Assembly: GCA_052246995.1 (NCBI GenBank)
Contig: JBQPWD010000002.1
Coordinates: 75,307-139,306, forward strand
DNA length: 64,000 nucleotides
Reading direction: 5' to 3'
From: Candidatus Bathyarchaeota archaeon
Lineage (GTDB): Archaea > Thermoproteota > Bathyarchaeia > Hecatellales > Hecatellaceae
The translations under genes and the position numbers were made by a program. Numbering within the stretch: position 1 is the stretch's first letter; the number at the start of each line of letters is the position of its first letter. Of the stretch, positions 48,466 to 57,447 are shown piece after piece. The notes beneath the pieces were generated by a model. It was not told the DNA's origin, did not search any database, and saw only the letters and a program-made list of their open reading frames with translations.

Positions 48466-49863
48466 TTGGAGGTAAAAAATATGAGTAGTGTGTATGAAGC
48501 TTTAGTTAAGATAGTTGGCGAAAATTATGTTTCAGATAGAACTGAGGAAAAGTATTTTTACTCTAGAGACCAAGGATTAATGAAACCTTGTAAACCAGAT
48601 TACATTGTTTTACCTAAAAGTGTAGAGGAAGTTCAAGCAATTGTTAAACTTGCATGTAAAGAAAAAATTCCTATTGTGGTTAGAGGAGCAGGTCTTGCCT
48701 TAACAGGTCTGGTTAGACCCTTAAAGGGTGGAATAGTTTTAGACCTAAAAAGAATGGATAAGATTTTAGAGATTAATGAGAAAGCAAGATACGCTGTCAT
48801 TGAGGCTGGAGTTACAACTGGAAAATTAAAAGCATACTTGGAACATTATTATCCACATTTAAGATTTTCAATTCCAGATGCCCCACCTTCTGCAACTGTT
48901 GCTGGAAACATTGTTATACATGGACAGGGACGATTAGCCCAGCAGTATGGTTTTAATTCTGATATGGTTTGCGGTTTAGAGGTTGTTTTACCTTCTGGTG
49001 ATGTTTGTAGAATTGGTTCATGTTCATTATCACCCTACTGGTTTTCTAAAGGACCACCATTACCAGACTTGTCAGGACTTTTCCTAGGGTGGTTTGGAAC
49101 AACAGGAATAATAACGAAAATAGGAATAAGATTATACCCAAACAAAAAGATAAGAGATGTAGAAGTCTTTGTAACAGATGATGAAAATCTTGTCCCAGAT
49201 ATTATATCTCGAATTACCTATACTGAAGTTGCTGAAGATGTAAACGTTTGGACTCAACCATACCCATTAATCTACAGAGGAATACATCATATAACTGTAT
49301 GCTTAACAGGAGATAGTGAGGAAGAAGTTGAGTTTAAAAGAAAACTGGTTGTAGATTCTCTCAGAGAGTATATTAAGCGTAAAGAGGGAGGTTTTATATT
49401 TTTAACACCTGACATTAAATCAACACTACTAGAAATGCCTCTAAGCAGTTTAACACGGTTTGCTGATGTAAAAAGAGGTGGCGGTTTCCAGTATACCGGG
49501 CCAATTATTCCTATTGAAAAATATCCTGAAGCTTATAAAAGAATGGTTGATGTAGCTGAAAAATATAAGACCACTTGGGCTGTAGCTTCACGTGTTATTG
49601 GTAGAGGACACTGTATGATGTTTGGTTTTTCATTCCCGTTCAACCGTATAGATCCGTCCGATATTGAACGTGTAGAGAAAGCTTTGCATGAATGTGACCT
49701 TATAGCTTTAGAGCTTGGAGGCCTTCCTTGGAAGGCTGAGGTGCCGGCTCAACAAGAAATTTTAAAACGTATGGATCCAAACACACGCAAGTTAATGGTA
49801 CAAATAAAGAAGCTTCTTGACCCCTATGGTATTATGAACCCTGGAAATTGGGAGGTAGAGTAG
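48466..49863 (+). CDS. FAD-linked oxidase (GlcD / D-lactate dehydrogenase family, PCMH-type FAD-binding domain)
   Basis: PIVVRGAGLALTGL FAD-binding pattern; 465 aa. Confidence 0.7.
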   Translation: MEVKNMSSVYEALVKIVGENYVSDRTEEKYFYSRDQGLMKPCKPDYIVLPKSVEEVQAIVKLACKEKIPIVVRGAGLALTGLVRPLKGGIVLDLKRMDKILEINEKARYAVIEAGVTTGKLKAYLEHYYPHLRFSIPDAPPSATVAGNIVIHGQGRLAQQYGFNSDMVCGLEVVLPSGDVCRIGSCSLSPYWFSKGPPLPDLSGLFLGWFGTTGIITKIGIRLYPNKKIRDVEVFVTDDENLVPDIISRITYTEVAEDVNVWTQPYPLIYRGIHHITVCLTGDSEEEVEFKRKLVVDSLREYIKRKEGGFIFLTPDIKSTLLEMPLSSLTRFADVKRGGGFQYTGPIIPIEKYPEAYKRMVDVAEKYKTTWAVASRVIGRGHCMMFGFSFPFNRIDPSDIERVEKALHECDLIALELGGLPWKAEVPAQQEILKRMDPNTRKLMVQIKKLLDPYGIMNPGNWEVE

Positions 49864-49864
49864 C

Positions 49865-51037
49865 TTGGAAAAAACAAGTTTAATTTTTCCTCAACTTTAC
49901 AGATGTTTTGCATGTGGCTACTGTAAGTTTACAAGTGATTTTACAGACTATAATTGTCCTTCGTATAAACGCTTCAAATTTGAAACCTACTTTACAGGTG
50001 GCAGGTTATGGCTTATGTATGCGTGGTTAAATGGCGAAATTAATTGGAGCAAAAACCTTGCAAATATAATTTACGCATGTACTACATGTAAAAATTGTGT
50101 TGAACGTTGTCCATTAGGGTTTAATCAAGACATTGTTAACTGGATTACTTTTGTAAGAAGCGAAGTTGTTGAAAAAGGATTGGCTCCTCCTGCTGTAAGG
50201 GATTTTCTTGAAAACATACGAAAGCACGGGAATCCGTGGGGAAAGCCTAGAAGCGAAAGAGAAGCATGGGCTAAAAATGTTGGTGTAAGAAAGTTTGAGT
50301 CTACTGATGATTATCTTCTTTATGTTGGTTGTTTAGCTTCTTACGATGAGCGTACACAGGAAGTAGCTAAAAGTGTTTCGGAAATACTAACTATTGCTGG
50401 TATTTCATTTGGCATCCTTGGAGATGAAGAAAATTGCGATGGAAACGAAGTTTTTATGCTTGGTGAAAAAGGATTGTATCAGTTGTTAGCTGAACAAAAT
50501 ATAAGAAAGTTTAAAGAGTTAAACGTAAAACGGATAATAACAATTTCACCTCATGCATATAATATTATGAAAAACGAATATCCAAAACTTGGAGGGATGT
50601 TTGAAGTACTACATTATACACAAATCTTGCACAACTTAATTAAAAATGGAAAAATAAAACTTTCAAAAAACGAAGTTAAAGTTACCTATCATGACCCATG
50701 CTTTCTTGGTAGGTATAATTGGATTTACGAGGTTCCAAGAGAAGTTTTAAAAAGCATTCCAGAACTCAAACTTCTGGAGATGAAAAGAAACATGGGAAAT
50801 TCGTTTTGCTGTGGAGGTGGAAGCGGAAACTTTGTAACAGACTTTTTAGGAGGTTCTGAAGATAGCCCTAACAGGATTAGAGTTAGAGAGGCTTATGAAA
50901 CTGGAGCTAAAGTTTTAGCGGTAGCATGTCCAAGCTGCCTGACAATGTTTGAAAGTGCATTAAAAGATGAGGAAATGGAGGAAAAATTAATAGTTAAAGA
51001 TGTTTCTGAAATTGTAAGGAATTCGTGTAGAAAGTAG
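49865..51037 (+). CDS. GlcF-like Fe-S subunit: two 4Fe-4S ferredoxin motifs plus two CCG domains
   Basis: CFACGYCKFTSDF...CPS and CTTCKNCVERCP; CCG motifs HDPCFLGR, CCGGGSG and ACPSC. Confidence 0.65.
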   Translation: MEKTSLIFPQLYRCFACGYCKFTSDFTDYNCPSYKRFKFETYFTGGRLWLMYAWLNGEINWSKNLANIIYACTTCKNCVERCPLGFNQDIVNWITFVRSEVVEKGLAPPAVRDFLENIRKHGNPWGKPRSEREAWAKNVGVRKFESTDDYLLYVGCLASYDERTQEVAKSVSEILTIAGISFGILGDEENCDGNEVFMLGEKGLYQLLAEQNIRKFKELNVKRIITISPHAYNIMKNEYPKLGGMFEVLHYTQILHNLIKNGKIKLSKNEVKVTYHDPCFLGRYNWIYEVPREVLKSIPELKLLEMKRNMGNSFCCGGGSGNFVTDFLGGSEDSPNRIRVREAYETGAKVLAVACPSCLTMFESALKDEEMEEKLIVKDVSEIVRNSCRK

Positions 51038-51057
51038 TTTTTATAAAAGTTTTAATT

Positions 51058-51792
51058 TTAATTTACTTTAAATGTCACAATATTTTGAAGGTAGCCTTGA
51101 ATACCTTCAAGAAAAGATTTCAATTTTAGTATGGGTGTTAACGGAACCATGTTAAAAGTTTTGTAAGGTACCTCTGCCAAGGTTACTATTAATGGTATTA
51201 CCATACTATCCTTGGCAACTCTTTTTTCAATTTTTCTTAGGGTAAGCGAAACTAGTTTTGCTCTTTCACTCTGCTTTTTTGTTATTTCATCAATTCTTGA
51301 TCTGCTAAGTCCGTGTTTCCAGTGTTTACAATCAACACAAAAACACAGATTCTCGTTAAAGGCTAAAATATCAACCTCAAAAATCTTTCCTTCAACCCTT
51401 AACCTTTTACGAATCATGGTTTTATAGCCCTTAAACTCGAAAATAGTTTGAACAATTCTTTCAAAATCTTCCCATGATAAGTATCTGCTTACAGTTTCTA
51501 TAGTATACCCGCTTTCTACAGCCTTAACACCAATCATAATTTTTTGTAATTGTTCTGCTGTAAAATTTTCTTGAACTTTGTTTACTAATCCTTCATTAAG
51601 CAGGATGTTTAGGTACGTTAAAACATCGTTCTTGGATGTTAAAAGTATGTTTGCAAGTTCATCTGCCGAGAAAAAGGGTTTTTCCTGCAATATTTTTAAA
51701 ATTGACAACAAAAAAGTTCCTTTTAATTGCTTTTCCATTGCACTTTCAGCAAAAATAACTAAGTAAAAGAAAAGTTTTATCTTTATTGTCAA
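51058..51792 (-). CDS. winged-HTH protein fused to a PD-(D/E)xK (Hjc/restriction-endonuclease-like) nuclease domain
   Basis: N-terminus LSILKILQEKPFFSADELANILLTSKNDVLTYLNILLNEGLV; C-terminus GKIFEVDILAFNENLCFCVDCKHWKHG resembles the Hjc core VDLIA...IECKSSK. Confidence 0.45.
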   Translation of the reverse strand: MTIKIKLFFYLVIFAESAMEKQLKGTFLLSILKILQEKPFFSADELANILLTSKNDVLTYLNILLNEGLVNKVQENFTAEQLQKIMIGVKAVESGYTIETVSRYLSWEDFERIVQTIFEFKGYKTMIRKRLRVEGKIFEVDILAFNENLCFCVDCKHWKHGLSRSRIDEITKKQSERAKLVSLTLRKIEKRVAKDSMVIPLIVTLAEVPYKTFNMVPLTPILKLKSFLEGIQGYLQNIVTFKVN

Positions 51793-51842
51793 ATTTTAAC
51801 TAAATACTACAGACAAATATTTGATGAGGCATAGGTGAAAAC

Positions 51843-53096
51843 TTGGTAGGCAAAACTATAGTAGAAAAAATTTTGGAAAAGGCTTCTGGAAGAAGAGTTG
51901 AGATTGGTGAGCTTGTAATTGCAAAAATAGATTTTGCTATGGCTCATGATGGTACAGGTCCTTTAGCTATAAAATCGTTTAGAGAGATGGGTGGTGAAAA
52001 AGTTTGGAACTCTAAAAAAATAGCTCTTGCCATAGACCATGTTGCTCCAAGCGCATCTGAGGATGTATCAAACCTTCAAAAACTTCTAAGAAATTTTGCT
52101 TTTGAGCAAAATATAGAAAACTTTTATGATGTAGGTTGGGGAGTAGGTCACCAATTAATGGTTGAAAATCATGTTCTTCCAGGTATGCTTATTGTTGGTG
52201 CAGATTCTCACACTTGCACCTATGGTGCGTTAGGTGCTTTTGCAACAGGAGTAGGCTCAACAGAAATGGCCGCTGTTTTTAAGACAGGTAAACTTTGGTT
52301 TAAGGTTCCAGAAACTGTTAGATACAATATTTCTGGAAATGTTCCTGCAAATGTTACAGCAAAAGATATAATGTTGTATATTGTTAGTGAAGTGAAGGCT
52401 GATGGTGCAACCTATAAGGTTGTTGATTTTTCTGGAAATGTTGTTAAAAAGTTAAGTGTTGATGGAAGACTAACCTTATGTAATATGGCTGTTGAAATTG
52501 GGGCAAAAACAGGTATTGTTGAACCAGATGATAAGACAGTAAGTTACATTGAGAATGTTAGAGGTAAGGTAGATTTTCAAGTTATAAGAAACGATGAAAA
52601 CGCTTATTTTGAGGAAATATACGAGTTTGATGTTTCTAACCTAGAACCACAGATAGCCTGTCCTCCAACTGTTGACAATGTTAAATCTGTAAGGGAGGTT
52701 GAAGGTTTAGAGGTTGATCAAGTTTTTCTTGGATCTTGTACTAACGGTAGACTTGAAGATTTAGAAATCGCGGCAAAAATATTAAAAGGTAAAAAAATAA
52801 GCAAAAAAACAAGGATGATAGTTGTTCCAGCCTCAAGAAGAGTGTATCTTGAAGCATTAAAAAAAGGTTTACTGGAGATTTTTGTTGAAGCTGGGTGCAC
52901 TGTTTGTAACCCTGGTTGTGGTCCGTGCGTCGGAACCCATCAAGGTGTTCCAGCTGAGGGGGAGGTTGTACTTTCAACATCCAACCGAAACTTTGTTGGA
53001 AGAATGGGTTGTGATAAAGCAGACATATACCTTTGCTCTCCAATGACTGCTGCAGCATCAGCTATAAAAGGCAAAATTGTGGAATATAAAGTATAA
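51843..53096 (+). CDS. leuC: 3-isopropylmalate / homoaconitate dehydratase large subunit (aconitase family)
   Basis: Aconitase-family motifs IVGADSHTCTYGALGAFA and Fe-S ligand region CNPGCGPCVG; 417 aa. Confidence 0.85.
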   Translation: MVGKTIVEKILEKASGRRVEIGELVIAKIDFAMAHDGTGPLAIKSFREMGGEKVWNSKKIALAIDHVAPSASEDVSNLQKLLRNFAFEQNIENFYDVGWGVGHQLMVENHVLPGMLIVGADSHTCTYGALGAFATGVGSTEMAAVFKTGKLWFKVPETVRYNISGNVPANVTAKDIMLYIVSEVKADGATYKVVDFSGNVVKKLSVDGRLTLCNMAVEIGAKTGIVEPDDKTVSYIENVRGKVDFQVIRNDENAYFEEIYEFDVSNLEPQIACPPTVDNVKSVREVEGLEVDQVFLGSCTNGRLEDLEIAAKILKGKKISKKTRMIVVPASRRVYLEALKKGLLEIFVEAGCTVCNPGCGPCVGTHQGVPAEGEVVLSTSNRNFVGRMGCDKADIYLCSPMTAAASAIKGKIVEYKV

Positions 53097-53105
53097 TAAT
53101 CCAGT

Positions 53106-53624
53106 ATGCGTGAAGCTTGTATGAAGTTTAAAGGTAAAGCTTGGAAATTTGGTGATGATGTAAATACTGATGTAATAATTCCTGGAAAATATAAATTTAA
53201 AACCTTAGATATGAAGGAGCTTGCCAAACATGCAATGGAGGGAATTGATCCTAGTTTTTCAAAAAAGGTTAATGTAGGAGACATTATTGTTGCAGGTAAA
53301 AATTTTGGCTGCGGTTCAAGCCGTGAACAGGCACCAAGAGTATTAAAGGAGTTAGGAATCTCAACAATAATAGCAGAGTCTTTTGCAAGAATATTCTTCA
53401 GAAATGCTATAAACATAGGGCTGCCTCTAATAGAATGTAAAGATGCTAGTAGAGAGATTGTTGAAGGAGATGTTGTTGAGGTGAACTTGGAAGAAGGGTT
53501 AATAGTCAACCATAAAACTGGCAAAAGTTACAAATTTAAACCTATCCCAAAACCTTTACTTGCTATTCTAAATAGTGGTGGGCTCATCAACTACTTTAAA
53601 AATTTCGGAGATTACCAATTTTAA
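53106..53624 (+). CDS. leuD: 3-isopropylmalate dehydratase small subunit
   Basis: GDDVNTDVIIPGKY and GCGSSREQAP motifs; directly follows leuC. Confidence 0.85.
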   Translation: MREACMKFKGKAWKFGDDVNTDVIIPGKYKFKTLDMKELAKHAMEGIDPSFSKKVNVGDIIVAGKNFGCGSSREQAPRVLKELGISTIIAESFARIFFRNAINIGLPLIECKDASREIVEGDVVEVNLEEGLIVNHKTGKSYKFKPIPKPLLAILNSGGLINYFKNFGDYQF

Positions 53625-53696
53625 CCGGATGTAATAAAATTAATCTATATGTTAATGTATTTTTATTATCCTAAATAAGGGATGGTGTTTTAGTTA

Positions 53697-54866
53697 TTGG
53701 TGGAAAAAGTTGTACTTGCATACTCTGGAGGCCTTGACACGTCAGTTATGGTTAAATGGTTAAATGAACATTACAACTTTGAAGTTATAACTTTAACGGT
53801 TGATGTTGGTCAAAAAGAGGATTTAAAAGTTATTGAGCAAAAAGCAATAAACTCAGGGGCAGTAAAGCATTACACCATAGATGCAAAAAAAGAGTTTGTG
53901 GAGCGATTTATCTTTCCAGCAATTAAGGCTAATGCCCTTTATGAGGGGAAATATCCTTTAAGTAGTGCTCTTTCAAGACCATTAATAGCTGAAAAACTTG
54001 TTGAAGTTGCAAGAAAAGAAGGAGCTTCTGCTGTCGCTCACGGTTGTACTGGTCGAGGAAATGACCAAGTTAGGTTTGAAGTTACAATTGAATCATTAGC
54101 TCCTGATTTAAAAATTATTGCTCCTGTACGTGAATGGAGGTTATCAAGGGAAGAGGAAGTTGAGTATGCAAAAAAACATGGAATACCTTTAACACTAAAA
54201 ACTCATCCATACAGCATCGACCAGAATCTTTGGGGTAGGTCTATAGAGTGCGGCCCTCTTGACAATCCTAGCGAAGAACCTCCACCAGAAGTTTTTGAGT
54301 TAACAACTTCACCAGAAGAGGCCCCTAATATTTCAGAATACATTACGTTAACATTTGAAAACGGTATCCCAGTGGCTATTAATGGTAACCGTCTTGACCC
54401 AATTACCCTAATAGATCAGTTAAACATTCTTGCTGGAAAACATGGAGTAGGTAGAATAGACCATGTTGAAGATAGAGTTGTCGGAATAAAATCTAGAGAA
54501 GTTTACGAGTGCCCTGCAGCCTTATGCTTAATTGAGGCTCATAAAGATTTGGAAAAACTTGTCTTAACTAGGCATGAACTAGCCTTCAAACAGTATGTTG
54601 ATGCTGAATGGACTTGGCTTGTTTACTCAGGTTTATGGATGGATCCGTTAAGAGAAGATTTAGAAGTATTTATAGATAAGACGCAGCAACGTGTATCGGG
54701 AGATGTTAAGCTTAAACTTTTTAAGGGCAGTATGACAATTGTTGGAAGATCGTCTCCATACGCACTTTGTAAGAAAACAGAATATGAACAATCCATCGCG
54801 TACGGGTTTATTAGACTCTGGGGATTGCAAACAAGGTTCTCAAGACTTACCTTTAGTAAGGATTAA
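53697..54866 (+). CDS. argG: argininosuccinate synthase
   Basis: KVVLAYSGGLDTSV P-loop-like motif and the rest of the ArgG fold. Confidence 0.9.
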   Translation: MVEKVVLAYSGGLDTSVMVKWLNEHYNFEVITLTVDVGQKEDLKVIEQKAINSGAVKHYTIDAKKEFVERFIFPAIKANALYEGKYPLSSALSRPLIAEKLVEVARKEGASAVAHGCTGRGNDQVRFEVTIESLAPDLKIIAPVREWRLSREEEVEYAKKHGIPLTLKTHPYSIDQNLWGRSIECGPLDNPSEEPPPEVFELTTSPEEAPNISEYITLTFENGIPVAINGNRLDPITLIDQLNILAGKHGVGRIDHVEDRVVGIKSREVYECPAALCLIEAHKDLEKLVLTRHELAFKQYVDAEWTWLVYSGLWMDPLREDLEVFIDKTQQRVSGDVKLKLFKGSMTIVGRSSPYALCKKTEYEQSIAYGFIRLWGLQTRFSRLTFSKD

Positions 54867-54892
54867 ATTAAGGAAAGATTTTTGAATATTTT

Positions 54893-55270
54893 ATGAGACG
54901 TCTGAGTTCGAGAGAACTTAAGCGGATTATAGGTAAATTCGGGGTAAATGCTAAGGAAGTTGAGGATGTTAAAGAAGTTATCCTAAAAACGTCAACAAAA
55001 GAGGTAATCATTCAAAACCCTGTTGTTACATTGTTTGAGTTTCAAGGTCAAAAAATCTTTCAGATTTTCGGTGAGAAAATAGAAGAAAAAATAATTTCAA
55101 AAGAACTTGAGTTGTTAAAGGAAGATGAAAAAATTTCAGATGAAGATGTTTTGCTTGTAGCTCAACAGGCAAATGTAGATTTTGAGGAAGCTAAAGCGGC
55201 CTTAAAAGAGTGTAAAGGAGACCTTGCTCAAGCAATTTTAATGTTAGCATCCAAGAAGAAAACGGGTTAA
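54893..55270 (+). CDS. nac: nascent polypeptide-associated complex alpha subunit with C-terminal UBA domain
   Basis: NAC domain (EVIIQNPVVTLFEFQGQKIFQIFG) and UBA-like tail (EEAKAALKECKGDLAQAILML). Confidence 0.8.
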   Translation: MRRLSSRELKRIIGKFGVNAKEVEDVKEVILKTSTKEVIIQNPVVTLFEFQGQKIFQIFGEKIEEKIISKELELLKEDEKISDEDVLLVAQQANVDFEEAKAALKECKGDLAQAILMLASKKKTG

Positions 55271-55923
55271 ACTACAACCGCTTTTTGTACTTCATGAATC
55301 TTTTTAATTCGCTTTAATCTAAAGAAATCTTCTCTTGTTCTCTCCTCAAGTTGCATTTGAATATACCTTACTGTGTTTTCCAATCTAGGAATTATAACCT
55401 TCTCAAGCGCATTAACCCTTCTTTTTGTCATAATAATTACTTCTGCAAGCCTTTTTACAGCTGTTTCAACCTCAGCTAATTCCACCATAAGTTTAATAGC
55501 CTCCTCCATACCTCTTATAGCATCATCAACGGCAGCAGATGTTTCGTGAACATCATACCACCAACCTTTTTCAGGTTTGTCTTTAACATAAACTTCAAAG
55601 ATCGGAATAGATACTCCTATAATATTCCTAATTTTTTCATCTACTTCAAAACGTTCAGGCATAGAATAAGCTAACTCATAAATTTTATCCGAGCCTACAG
55701 ACAATCTAGCCTTAATAAATTTTTTGTACGTCTCAATTAAAACCACTTCTAACCTTTTACGAGTTTTTTCAAACTTTCCAACAGCATCAAAAAAATGCAT
55801 AAGAAGAGCATCTCTTTTTTCGACAAGTAAGTCATGACCTCTACGCGCAATTTGGACTCTTCTTTTAAGTTTAAGCATCTCAGCCCTTGTTGCATGAACC
55901 CCTGCAACAATTTCCCTTGACAA
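55267..55923 (-). CDS. atpD: A/V-type ATP synthase subunit D
   Basis: ATRAEMLKLKRRVQIARRGHDLLVEKRDALL N-terminal coiled-coil signature of V-type D subunits; no other atp genes adjacent. Confidence 0.8.
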   Translation of the reverse strand: MSREIVAGVHATRAEMLKLKRRVQIARRGHDLLVEKRDALLMHFFDAVGKFEKTRKRLEVVLIETYKKFIKARLSVGSDKIYELAYSMPERFEVDEKIRNIIGVSIPIFEVYVKDKPEKGWWYDVHETSAAVDDAIRGMEEAIKLMVELAEVETAVKRLAEVIIMTKRRVNALEKVIIPRLENTVRYIQMQLEERTREDFFRLKRIKKIHEVQKAVVV

Positions 55924-56008
55924 TTCTTCCCGCCTACTATTTTTAAAACTCCGAATTAAATTTTTTTATACTTTACCCTATTTAAAAATATTTGGCTTTA
56001 TCTAATAT

Positions 56009-56024
56009 TCCAAAAATTGGAGAG
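56009..56024 (-). repeat. motif CTCTCCAATTTTTGGA (copy C, minus strand), about 85 nt upstream of atpD
   Basis: Plus strand reads tccaaaaattggagag; its reverse complement matches copies A/B with one fewer T. Confidence 0.7.
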
Positions 56025-56040
56025 ATGTACAGTTTAAAGC

Positions 56041-56586
56041 TTAATCCGGAATATCCTGTTTGCTAATAAAACGCCACTCTTTCATTAAAACCTCGTAAAG
56101 AGAATCCTCTTCCTCTATAATTTCATATTTTCCTAGGACTTCTGCAAGTTTTTGAGCTATTATATGATAACATGAAAAAATATCGCTACTTAAAACCCTA
56201 AAGTAAAAGTCATCACAACTACAGTAACCAATAAGCGGAATAACTTCATAATCTCTCTCTTTGCCAACAACAATCCACACAACTCTTCCGCTAGGTCTAA
56301 AAACATATTTTTTAACAGCTTTTTCATCTAAAGCTTTTAAAGCATTTTTAAAACGTTTACCGAAAACCCTGTAAAGTTTCAGTTTTTCGTTTTCACTTAA
56401 TTCTCCAGTCTTTCTTACATTTTCACAAACTTCTTCTATAAGTTTCTCTTCCTCATGCATCTTCTTATCTAAATAATTGTTATAGGTTAGTTTAGAAATA
56501 TTTTTAACGGGTATTATTTTGCTAATAAAACCGTATACTCCATGGCCTATCTTATTAATAGAAGAAGGTGAAGAAAAAAATATCAT
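56041..56586 (-). CDS. SWIM zinc-finger protein (true start likely the internal M near MHEEEK)
   Basis: GYCSCDDFYFRVLSSDIFSCYHIIAQ gives the CxCx(n)CxH SWIM pattern; the N-terminus overlaps the divergent downstream gene, arguing for a later start. Confidence 0.5.
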   Translation of the reverse strand: MIFFSSPSSINKIGHGVYGFISKIIPVKNISKLTYNNYLDKKMHEEEKLIEEVCENVRKTGELSENEKLKLYRVFGKRFKNALKALDEKAVKKYVFRPSGRVVWIVVGKERDYEVIPLIGYCSCDDFYFRVLSSDIFSCYHIIAQKLAEVLGKYEIIEEEDSLYEVLMKEWRFISKQDIPD

Positions 56587-57364
56587 CTTAAGCGATATTC
56601 ATCTAGGGTATGAACTTGAACTTGTAAAATCAGGAATAAATATTCCACCTCAAACTGAAAGATTTAAGGAAACGTTGCTTAAAGTGATTGAAGAAATTAA
56701 ACCTTATAGGCTGATAATCCTTGGAGACTTGAAACATGTAATACCAACAATTTCATCTAAGGAATTAGTAGATGTTTCGAGTTTTCTTAGAGAATTTGAA
56801 AAAAGTGTTGAGACAATCTTACTAATTCCTGGAAACCATGATGGAAAAATATCCTACCTCTCCTCACCAAAAATTGCTATAAGCTCCGCCAGAGGAACAA
56901 CTATTGGAAAAAAAGAAAAAATAGGGCTTTTTCATGGCCATACATGGCCAACCCCAAAGCTTTTTGAGGCAAAACTATGGATTATGGGACATAACCACCC
57001 AACAATCCAGTTTAAGGGCGCCTTTGGTTTTAAAATTTCTAAAACAGTATGGATTAAAGCCCCAATAGATGTTGAGAGGCTAGTAAGCTCTTTTTTAAGG
57101 CATAGAGGAATTACTATTGAAAAAAATCAACTTCCTAGCCAACTTTTAGCTGAAAGATACAATGTTCACGCTAAATGCTCTGAGTTGATAATTGTTCCAG
57201 CATTCAACGACCTTCTTGGAGGAGTGCCGTTTAACATTAAATCAAAGGATGAACTTTTAGGACCTGTTATTAGGTCTAATGGTGTACTTTTGGATAAGGC
57301 TGAAATTTTTCTTTTAGATGGAACCTATCTAGGGACTATTAGAGAACTGGAAAAAGTTTCATAA
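56519..57364 (+). CDS. calcineurin-like metallophosphoesterase
   Basis: ILSDIHLG, ILGDLKH, GNHD and GHTW/GHNH metal-ligand motifs. Confidence 0.7.
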   Translation: MLIKPYTPWPILLIEEGEEKNIILSDIHLGYELELVKSGINIPPQTERFKETLLKVIEEIKPYRLIILGDLKHVIPTISSKELVDVSSFLREFEKSVETILLIPGNHDGKISYLSSPKIAISSARGTTIGKKEKIGLFHGHTWPTPKLFEAKLWIMGHNHPTIQFKGAFGFKISKTVWIKAPIDVERLVSSFLRHRGITIEKNQLPSQLLAERYNVHAKCSELIIVPAFNDLLGGVPFNIKSKDELLGPVIRSNGVLLDKAEIFLLDGTYLGTIRELEKVS

Positions 57365-57447
57365 CGTGGGAAACCGTAACTTTTACTTTAAAAATTAAAA
57401 TAACAAAAGATATAAATCCCCACCCGATAATTTAAGAATGGTTTAAG

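Noticed and set aside
52718-53524. Three overlapping minus-strand ORFs inside leuC/leuD
   Set aside because: Antisense to strongly supported aconitase-family genes.
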